NCBI GenBank assembly: GCA_965223545.1
Contig: OZ245006.1
Location: 5,696,001 to 5,760,000, forward strand
Reading direction: 5' to 3'
From: Planctomycetota bacterium
GTDB lineage: Bacteria; Planctomycetota; UBA1135; UBA2386
DNA: 64,000 nucleotides
Position numbers and translations under genes: made by a program. Below are positions 19,170-26,651 of the stretch, one piece after another; the stretch's first letter is position 1, and every line of letters starts with the position of its first letter. The notes beneath the pieces were generated by a model that searched no databases, was not told the origin of the DNA, and saw only the letters and a program-made list of their open reading frames with translations.

Positions 19170-19832
19170 ATGATCCGCGTCGTGATCAACGCGCGCAGTC
19201 TTGTCGGTCCAGTCCGAGGCGTCGTGGCGCTGGCCGGAGTCGTCGTCGCCAGCTCCTGCGTCAACCTCCACGAAGTCGAGGAAGGACGCGTCTACCGCGT
19301 CTCACAGCCCGACAGCCAGCAGCTGCGCTCGTGGATCTGGCGCTACGGGATCGAGACCGTGGTGCGGTTGCGCGGCGGCGACCCCGGCCGCTCGGGCTTC
19401 GACGACAGCTTCGAGCCGACGTTGGATGCCGGCATCGACTTCGTCCAGCTGCCGATGTCCGCCAATCGGTTTCCGGAACGGCACGAATTGCTCGCGCTGT
19501 GCGAGCTGTTCGAGCGTGCCCGCTACCCCATTCTGCTGCATTGCCGCGCTGGCGCGGACCGCACCGGCCTGGCGAGCGCGGTGTACACCCTGCACGCGAC
19601 CGGCGACCTCGAGCGGGCGCGGAGTCAGCTGTCGCTGCGCTATCTGCACACCGGGTGGCCGTCGACGCACTGCCTCGATGAGGTGCTGGATCTGTACGAG
19701 CCCTGGCAGGAGCAGATGACGTTCGCCGAGTGGGTGCGCCGCGGCTACACGCGGCCGCACCACGACACGGTGACCGAGGAGTATCTCGAGCGCCAGCGGC
19801 AGCGCCTCGCCGCCGCGTCCCCGGCGCCGTGA
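19170..19832 (+). CDS. Protein tyrosine/dual-specificity phosphatase-like protein, possible lipoprotein
   Basis: P-loop HCRAGADRTG; NLHEV...YRVSQP; hydrophobic N-terminus ending in SSC. Start uncertain (19152-19170). Confidence 0.85.
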   Translation: MIRVVINARSLVGPVRGVVALAGVVVASSCVNLHEVEEGRVYRVSQPDSQQLRSWIWRYGIETVVRLRGGDPGRSGFDDSFEPTLDAGIDFVQLPMSANRFPERHELLALCELFERARYPILLHCRAGADRTGLASAVYTLHATGDLERARSQLSLRYLHTGWPSTHCLDEVLDLYEPWQEQMTFAEWVRRGYTRPHHDTVTEEYLERQRQRLAAASPAP

Positions 19833-19842
19833 CGGCCGCCGG

Positions 19843-22722
19843 TCACGCCAAGAGCGCCTGCAGGTCGGCGCGGCTCAGCGTGCGCAGCACCGCATCGTCC
19901 GCCGGCACCAGCGCCGACGCCAGCCGGCGCTTGTGGTCCTGCAGGGCCAGCACCTTCTCCTCGACGGTGTCGGCGGCGACTAGCCGGTAGGCGAACACGG
20001 GGCGGCGCTGCCCGATGCGATGGCAGCGGTCGATCGCCTGCGCCTCCGCGGCGGGATTCCACCACGGGTCGAGCAAGAAGACGTAGTCGGCGGCGGTCAG
20101 GTTGAGGCCGAAGCCGCCGGCCTTGAGGCTGACGGCGAACACCTGGCAGTCGTCGTGCTCGGTGAAGCGCTGCACCGCGGCGCGGCGGTCCCGCGTCGAG
20201 CCGTCGAGCCGGCTGTGGCGGATGCCGGCGGCATCCAGGCGCGGCTCAAGCAGATCGAGCATGCCGGTGAACTGGGAGAACACCACCGCCTTGTGGCGCT
20301 CGGCGCAGAGCTCGGCCAGGCGCGCCATCAGCACGTCGAGCTTGGCGCTCGCCGCGTGCCGCTGGCCGGGGTCGATCAGGCCCGGGTGACACGCGGCCTG
20401 TCGGAGCCGCAGCAGCGCCTCGAGCATGGTCGCCTGGCGCTCGGTCTGGCCGCCGCTGCGTGACAGCCGCACCAGCTCCTCGCGGTAGTGATCGCGCAGA
20501 CTGTCGTAGCAGTGGCGCTGCGCCGGACCCAGCTCGCAGCGCAGCAGCTGCTCGGTCTTCGGCGGCAGGTCACGCACCACCTGCTGCTTGGTGCGGCGCA
20601 GGAAGAACGGCCGCAGCCCGCGGTTGATCAGCGCCAGCCCCTCGTCGTCGGCGGCCCCGCTGCGCGCCGCCTCGAAGGCGCTCGCACGGCCGAGCAGGCC
20701 GGGGTTGAGGAACTCGAACAGCGACCACAGGTCGCCGGCGTGGTTCTCGACCGGCGTGCCGGTGAGCGCCAGCCGGTGGTGGGCGCGCAGCAGGCGGGTC
20801 GCCTTCGCCACCTGGCTGCTCGGGTTCTTGATCAGATGCGCCTCGTCGAGCACGACGTAGTCGAACGCCACGTCCGCCAGCGCGGCGGCGTCGAGGCGCA
20901 GCACGCCGTAGGTGGCCAGCAGCAGATCGCCGGGGCGCAGGGTGGCGAGCAGCGCTTGGCGGTTGGGGCCGCGGTACTCGAGCACGCGCAGCCCCGGCGC
21001 GAACGCGCGCGCCGCATCGGCCCAGTGAAAAAGAACCGCGCTCGGCATCACCACCAGACTGGCGCCGGCGTGCCGCGCCTGCCGTTCGGCGAGCAGCGCC
21101 AACACCTGCACGGTCTTGCCCAAACCCATGTCGTCGGCGAGACAGCCGCCGAAGCCGAACTCGCGCAGGTAGTCAAACCAGCCCAGCGCCTGGCGCTGGT
21201 AGTGCCGGAGCGTGCCGCAGAAGCTCGCGGGGGCGTCGCGCGGCGGGATCCCGTCGAAGCGGCGCAGGCGCGCGCGCACGCGGGCGAACGCGTCGTCGAC
21301 GGCGACCTCGGGCTGCGCCAGCAGCAGTGCGTCGAGCAGGCCGGCCTGGCGGTGGCGGAAGCGCACGACGTCGCGTTCTTGCTCGCCGAGCTCGAGCAGC
21401 GAGCGGATGCGCTGCATCCACTCCGGCGGGACCAGGCCGAGGCCACCGTCCGCCAGCGGCACCGTGCCGCGGCGGCGGCGTGCCGCGGCGAGCACCGCGG
21501 GCAGCGGCACGATCTCGTTGCCATAGCGCAGGCCGCCGCGCAGCTCGAGCCAGTCCGGCCGGCTGTCGACCGACAGCGCCGCGCGCAGGGGCAACACGAC
21601 CGGCCGTTCGTCGACCGTCACCGCCCATCCCTCGCCGGTCAGCCGCCGGGCGAGGTCGGCCAGCTGGTCGACGCCGGCGGCCAGCGGGGGGCGGTCTGCC
21701 AGCACGTTGGCGACCGGCTGCAGGCCCGCGGCGAGGGCGCGCCGCGCGGCGGCGAGCTCGAAGCGCAGGTCGCGCTGCACGAACGCGCCATCGGCGGCGG
21801 CGCGCACCGCCCGTCCCGGCGCGCCGGCCTCGACGAGCGCGGTGCCGTAGTCGAAGCGCACCCGGCACAGCAGCCGGCTCGGATCGGCGGGATCGCGGGC
21901 TGCATGCAGGCATGCGAGCGGTGGCACCGGCGGCGCACCGGGGGTCATCGAGGCGGGCAGCTCGAGGTGCGCGTCGCCGGGCAGCGCGAGGATCGACTCC
22001 AGCAGGGCGTCCCGCCGCGTCGCCGGCACCGCGATCGGCGCGCGCCGCAGGAGAGCCGCCGCCGCCGCCGCGCCGCGGAAGTCGGCGCGTGCCAGCTGGC
22101 CGCCCCGCAGCGCGAAGGCGCCCAGCAGCAGCGCGTCGAACTCGGCGAGCGGAGCGCGCGCGCCCGCCCGCGACAAGAAGCCCTGCACGGTCAGGCGCGG
22201 CCGGCGGCTGGCGTGCTCGACGCGGATGCCGAACTCCCAAGCCGCACCGTCGTCCCACTCGAGCCGCTGGGTGGCGGCCGCGGCGCGCACCGCGTGCAGG
22301 CGGCCCGTGCGGCACATGGCCTCGACCACCGCGGTCGCCCCCGCCTCCGCCAGCACGAACCGCGCACTGCGCACCGGCCGCGCGCCCGAGCACGGCTGCT
22401 CGGCGCCGCGCAGCGTGCCGACGATCTCGCGATCGCGCGCGTCCGCCAGCTGGGCTGGCTCGAGTTGGCTCGCGGGCAGGGGTGCCAGGCACTCGCCGGC
22501 GCCGTCGCGGCGCGGTGCGCGCACGCGCAGCTCGACCGCCAACAACCCGGTGTCGTCGGCGTGGTCCAAGTCGACCACGTAGTGCAGCCGCCGCTCGGCG
22601 CGCAACAGCCGGGTCCAGTGATCGCGGGCGGTGCCTTGCGCCAGCCGGCGCAGCGCGTCCAGATCCGCCGCGTCGGGATCCACCGCACTGGGCAGTGCAA
22701 GCCTGTCGTCGGATTCCGCCAT
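19843..22722 (-). CDS. SNF2 family (SWI2/SNF2) helicase-like ATPase
   Basis: LRHYQ, LADDMGLGKT, DEAH, LTGTPVEN, FSQFT, SLKAGGFGLNL, QAIDRCHRIGQ. Confidence 0.93.
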   Translation of the reverse strand: MAESDDRLALPSAVDPDAADLDALRRLAQGTARDHWTRLLRAERRLHYVVDLDHADDTGLLAVELRVRAPRRDGAGECLAPLPASQLEPAQLADARDREIVGTLRGAEQPCSGARPVRSARFVLAEAGATAVVEAMCRTGRLHAVRAAAATQRLEWDDGAAWEFGIRVEHASRRPRLTVQGFLSRAGARAPLAEFDALLLGAFALRGGQLARADFRGAAAAAALLRRAPIAVPATRRDALLESILALPGDAHLELPASMTPGAPPVPPLACLHAARDPADPSRLLCRVRFDYGTALVEAGAPGRAVRAAADGAFVQRDLRFELAAARRALAAGLQPVANVLADRPPLAAGVDQLADLARRLTGEGWAVTVDERPVVLPLRAALSVDSRPDWLELRGGLRYGNEIVPLPAVLAAARRRRGTVPLADGGLGLVPPEWMQRIRSLLELGEQERDVVRFRHRQAGLLDALLLAQPEVAVDDAFARVRARLRRFDGIPPRDAPASFCGTLRHYQRQALGWFDYLREFGFGGCLADDMGLGKTVQVLALLAERQARHAGASLVVMPSAVLFHWADAARAFAPGLRVLEYRGPNRQALLATLRPGDLLLATYGVLRLDAAALADVAFDYVVLDEAHLIKNPSSQVAKATRLLRAHHRLALTGTPVENHAGDLWSLFEFLNPGLLGRASAFEAARSGAADDEGLALINRGLRPFFLRRTKQQVVRDLPPKTEQLLRCELGPAQRHCYDSLRDHYREELVRLSRSGGQTERQATMLEALLRLRQAACHPGLIDPGQRHAASAKLDVLMARLAELCAERHKAVVFSQFTGMLDLLEPRLDAAGIRHSRLDGSTRDRRAAVQRFTEHDDCQVFAVSLKAGGFGLNLTAADYVFLLDPWWNPAAEAQAIDRCHRIGQRRPVFAYRLVAADTVEEKVLALQDHKRRLASALVPADDAVLRTLSRADLQALLA

Positions 22723-22750
22723 CGATCGCCAACCGCCGCGGCAGAGGCTA

Positions 22751-24463
22751 TCACGCCGGGAGTCGGAGCGCGAAGCAAGCGCCGCGCGCACTTGGCTTCA
22801 GCTGTAGGTCGCCGCCGAGATCGCGGGCCAGCGCGCGCGACAGCGAGAGACCGAGGCCGATGCCCGGCGCCTCGTCGTCGAAGCGCTCGAACGGCGCGAA
22901 GACACGCGGTGCCCGTTGGCTTGGAATCCCCGGACCCTCGTCGGTGACGGTGATCTCGACCCCACCGCCGTCACTCCTGCCGGCGAACGAAAGCGTGATG
23001 TCGGGGTGCTGTGCGCTGGCGCCGTATTTGCACGCGTTGTCGATCAAATTGAACAGCACTTGGGCAACCGCGTCCGGATCGGTCGCCAGCGGCGTGTCGC
23101 CGCCGTCCACCGCGATCCGCAGCGAGAAGCCCGCCTCCTGCACGCGACGGCGCAGCTCGGGCAGCGTGCGCTCGGCCAGGGCCGTGAGGGTCAGCGCGGT
23201 GCGTCGCACGCGAAACCGACCGTCCTCGACGCGGGCGTAGCACAGGACGTTCTCGACCAGCCGCGTGAGCCGGTCGGCTTCGTGGCGCAGGGTCTCCAAG
23301 TACTGCTGCCGCTGCGCTGCGTCGCGCACCATGCCGTCGGCCAGCATCTCGCTGTACATGCGAAACGTCGTCAGGGGCGTGCGCAGCTCGTGCGTCACTG
23401 TCGAGGCGAACCGCGCCCGCCGCTCGCCGAGCGCCAGGGTGGAGTGCAGCGTGTAGCCCACCGCCAGCGCCGCCAGCAGCGTCGCCAGCCACGCGCCGGC
23501 GAGCGCGGTGTGGGCGGCGCCCCAGCCGGACGCGACGGGGGACGGGGGCGGCAAGTGCAGCTTGGCCGGCAACATCGCCAGCGACTCGCCCGGCGCGCGG
23601 TCGCCGAATCCCGGCAATGGCTCCAGCGTGGCGCCACGGGTTGGGTCGAGGTCGGAAACCTGCGCCAGCAGATCGGCGCGCAGCCGCGGCCAGTCGGCGA
23701 GGACTCCCTGGTGTGTAAGGTCGCCGCCGTCGCTGCGCACTTCGCGCACGAACGCGAGCTGCGGGGGTGACTCCGGGAGCCAGACCGCCACCAGCGGGCC
23801 GGGCGAGCCGGCGGTCCAGGCCGGTGCCGGCGCCATGGCGTGTTGCTGGGCCATGTTGGAGACCAACGCGCGGTTTTGAAAATCGAGGTCGTAGCCCGGA
23901 GCCGAGGAGCCCACCGGCAGCGTGTTGGTGGTGGCGAGAAGTGCCGCCACCTCCGCGCACGCCGACGCCAGCGACTGCCGATCGATCACCGCCCGCAGGT
24001 GTGCCAGCTGCCGCGCCCGGTCGTCGATGTCCCGCAGACCCGGCACCGTCTCCTCCGCCAGGCGGCGCCAATCGTCGGCCGGGACCTGCGGCGACGTCAC
24101 CCCGCCGTCGGCGTCGACTTCGAAGTGCAGCGGCAACAGCGCCGAACGAAACACCAGCAGCGGCGACGGTGCCACCACCTCGTCGGGGGCGAGCTGGTGG
24201 CGCACGTTGGTGTAGGCCTGGCGCTGCGGCACGAAGCTGCGCCAGTGCTGCACCGGCCGCGCCGCCTCGCGCGCCAGCAGCGGTGCCAGCCACGAGTCCA
24301 TCCGCCACAGCGCCAGCCGCTGCACGGCCTCGTGATCCCCGTGCCGGCGCGCCGCAGCGCGATCGCGCTCGAGTTGCAGCACCAGGCCCGAGACGAACAC
24401 CAGCGCGCCGCCGATCGCGGCGCAGCCCGCGGCAAACGCCCACCACGCCCGCCGCTGCCTCAC
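22751..24463 (-). CDS. Membrane sensor histidine kinase
   Basis: Two TM segments; H-box THELRTPL; N-box NLIDNACKY; DEGPGI; GIGLGL; GTG start in GTGA overlap with the response regulator stop. Confidence 0.92.
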   Translation of the reverse strand: MRQRRAWWAFAAGCAAIGGALVFVSGLVLQLERDRAAARRHGDHEAVQRLALWRMDSWLAPLLAREAARPVQHWRSFVPQRQAYTNVRHQLAPDEVVAPSPLLVFRSALLPLHFEVDADGGVTSPQVPADDWRRLAEETVPGLRDIDDRARQLAHLRAVIDRQSLASACAEVAALLATTNTLPVGSSAPGYDLDFQNRALVSNMAQQHAMAPAPAWTAGSPGPLVAVWLPESPPQLAFVREVRSDGGDLTHQGVLADWPRLRADLLAQVSDLDPTRGATLEPLPGFGDRAPGESLAMLPAKLHLPPPSPVASGWGAAHTALAGAWLATLLAALAVGYTLHSTLALGERRARFASTVTHELRTPLTTFRMYSEMLADGMVRDAAQRQQYLETLRHEADRLTRLVENVLCYARVEDGRFRVRRTALTLTALAERTLPELRRRVQEAGFSLRIAVDGGDTPLATDPDAVAQVLFNLIDNACKYGASAQHPDITLSFAGRSDGGGVEITVTDEGPGIPSQRAPRVFAPFERFDDEAPGIGLGLSLSRALARDLGGDLQLKPSARGACFALRLPA

Positions 24464-25158
24464 CGCGCCTTCTCCCCGCCGCCGGCCAGCATGTAGCCGG
24501 TGCCGCGCACCGTGACGATCGCGTCGTCGGCCTTGGCGTCCAGCTTCTCGCGCAAGCGCGCGATGTGCATGTCGACGGTGCGCGTCTGCACGCTCTTGGG
24601 GTCGAGGCCCCACAGGCTCTGCAGCAGCTCGTCGCGCGGCACGGCGCGGTCGGGGTTGCAGGCCAGGTAGCGCAGGATCTCGGTCTCGCGTTCCGACAGC
24701 GCGCGCGCGGTGCCGTCGGGCAGCACGACCTCGCGCCGGGCCAGGTCGATCCGGCGGCCGGCCAGCTCGAGCTCCCGCACGTCGAGGGGCCGGGCGGCGG
24801 AGCGGCGCAGCACGGCCTCGACGCGAGCCAGCAGCTCGCGCGCCGAGAACGGCTTGACCACGTAGTCGTCGGCGCCGTGCTCGAGGCCGTGGACGCGGTC
24901 GGCCTCGGCGCCGCGGGCGGTGACCATGATCACCGGCAGGGTCGGCCGGCAGCGGCGCACGTCGGCGAGGATGTCGAAGCCCGACGCGCCCGGCAGCACG
25001 ACGTCGAGGATCACCAGATCGAGGTCTGCGGCGCGGGCGATGCCGCCGCCCTCGGTGCCGTCGCCGCTCTCGATGGTGTCGTAGCCGGCGTAGCGCAGGG
25101 CGTCGACGATGCCGCGGCGGATGGCGGCGTCGTCTTCGACCACCAGAATGCGTCTCAT
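24460..25158 (-). CDS. OmpR/PhoB family response regulator
   Basis: ILVVEDD, LVILDVVLP, GADDYVVKPF; winged helix RTVDMHIARLREKL, TVRGTGY. Confidence 0.95.
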   Translation of the reverse strand: MRRILVVEDDAAIRRGIVDALRYAGYDTIESGDGTEGGGIARAADLDLVILDVVLPGASGFDILADVRRCRPTLPVIMVTARGAEADRVHGLEHGADDYVVKPFSARELLARVEAVLRRSAARPLDVRELELAGRRIDLARREVVLPDGTARALSERETEILRYLACNPDRAVPRDELLQSLWGLDPKSVQTRTVDMHIARLREKLDAKADDAIVTVRGTGYMLAGGGEKAR

Positions 25159-25196
25159 CGGCAGGGCCTCGGCTCGAACGGCATCATGCGACAGTA

Positions 25197-25223
25197 GACG
25201 GCGGCGGCGCCGCCGCCGCCGTC
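25197..25223. repeat. Perfect 13-bp inverted repeat in divergent intergenic region
   Basis: GACGGCGGCGGCG-C-CGCCGCCGCCGTC between the response regulator and the ECF sigma genes. Confidence 0.6.
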
Positions 25224-25408
25224 ACCGCTGTGTAACCGCTCGCCGCGGCCGCCGGAACCCCGGCCGCGGAAGCCCCGCTGCCACCGCGCGCTGCGCCCGC
25301 CGCCGATTCTGCGAAGATTGTTCCGGCCGTCGGCCCCGCCGCCGGCAATCACGCTGCAGCCCAGCTCCGCGCCGCCGGTGCGGCGCCCGTCACGGGACGC
25401 CACCAGCC

Positions 25409-26032
25409 TTGTCTTCGCCAGAGGATGCCCGATCCAAGAGGGTCCAGCCGCCGGCCGCCGACGCCGGCACCGGGCCCGAGGACCTGCTGCTGGTCCGGCG
25501 GGTGTTGCGCTCCGCCGACGAACAGGCGGTCGGCGCGTTGCTCGGGCGGCTGTCGTGCGTGCCACGCTTCGTCTATCGGTTGAATCGGTCGCTGGGCTAC
25601 GGCTTGGGCGCATCGCAGCTCGAAGACGTGGTCCAGCAGGTCTACTTGGCGATCTGGCCGCGGCTCGGCGATTTCGACGGCAGCGCGTCCCTGAGCAGCT
25701 GGGTCTACGGCTTCTGCCGCAACTGCACCCGCGCCGCGGCGCGGCGGCGGGCGGCCGCGCCGGCAGCGGTGCATGGCATCGAGGTGAGCACCGGCGAGGA
25801 CGGCATGCCCGAGCGGGGCGTCGTGCGGCGCGAGCGGGCCGACGCGGTCTGCGACGAGTTGTCCCGGCTGCCGCAGGCCGAGCGCGAGGTCGTGCTGCTG
25901 CGGCACCTCGAGGAATGGAGCTTCGAGCGGATCGCGCGGCACCAGAGCGTGGCGGCCAGCACGGTCAAGGATCGCTGCTACCGAGCCGTGCAGAAGCTGA
26001 GAGGAAGATTGGAGCGACGTGATGTCCAGTGA
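25409..26032 (+). CDS. ECF (sigma-70 group 4) RNA polymerase sigma factor
   Basis: Region 2: EDVVQQVYLAIW..L..FDG.ASLSSWVYGFCRN; region 4: LSRLPQAEREVVLLRHLEEWSFERIA.....STVKDRCYRA. TTG start at 25409 is tentative. Confidence 0.88.
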   Translation: MSSPEDARSKRVQPPAADAGTGPEDLLLVRRVLRSADEQAVGALLGRLSCVPRFVYRLNRSLGYGLGASQLEDVVQQVYLAIWPRLGDFDGSASLSSWVYGFCRNCTRAAARRRAAAPAAVHGIEVSTGEDGMPERGVVRRERADAVCDELSRLPQAEREVVLLRHLEEWSFERIARHQSVAASTVKDRCYRAVQKLRGRLERRDVQ

Positions 26033-26651
26033 AGGCGAGCGTTTCGAGGGGCTCTTGGCCTCCGTGTTCGAGGACGAGCGGCAGCTGCGCGCCGCGGTGA
26101 TGGAGCCGCCGGATCCCCGCGAGGATGCCGATCCCGTGCTCCAGCAGCTGCAGCGGGCCGGTGCGCGTGCCGAGCTCGGTCTGCGCGCGCTGCGGCAGCC
26201 GCCGCCGGTCGTCGCGGTGGGGCCGCGGCGTGCGGTGCGCGGCCGGCGGCTCGGGTGGATGGCCGCGGCCGCCGCCGTGGTGGTGCTGGCGCTGGCGTGG
26301 GCGCTGTGGCCACCGCGCCGTCCCGCGGATGCGACCCTGGGCGGGGGCCTCGGCGGCACGCCGGTGATGAACATCCTGCTGACGCAGACCGTGTCGGATC
26401 AAGCGCGTTCGATCACTTGGCATGCGGTGCCCAACGCGCGCTCCTATGATGTGGTCATCGTCGATGAAGAGCAGCAGCCAGTGCTGGCGCGGCCGGAGCG
26501 GTGGGCGCGGAGCGTGACCTGGGAGCTGAGCCCGGGCGACGTCGAGCGCTTGCGCGCGCACCCGGGCCCGTTGTTCCTGCGGGTCGTGGCGCGCGATGGG
26601 ATCGGCTTGGAGGTGGCCACCACCGGCGACCGCGCGCTGGTGGTGCGGTAG
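26022..26651 (+). CDS. Putative single-pass anti-sigma factor with extracytoplasmic beta-sandwich domain
   Basis: Overlaps sigma stop; GGAG 7 nt before ATG; TM WMAAAAAVVVLALAWALW; C-terminal ITWHAVPNARSYDVVI...LFLRVVARD resembles FN3/Ig-like strands. Confidence 0.65.
   Translation: MSSEGERFEGLLASVFEDERQLRAAVMEPPDPREDADPVLQQLQRAGARAELGLRALRQPPPVVAVGPRRAVRGRRLGWMAAAAAVVVLALAWALWPPRRPADATLGGGLGGTPVMNILLTQTVSDQARSITWHAVPNARSYDVVIVDEEQQPVLARPERWARSVTWELSPGDVERLRAHPGPLFLRVVARDGIGLEVATTGDRALVVR

Noticed and set aside
20488..23240. Long plus-strand ORFs (819 aa, 637 aa) over the SNF2 gene
   Set aside because: Antisense shadows with no recognisable domains.
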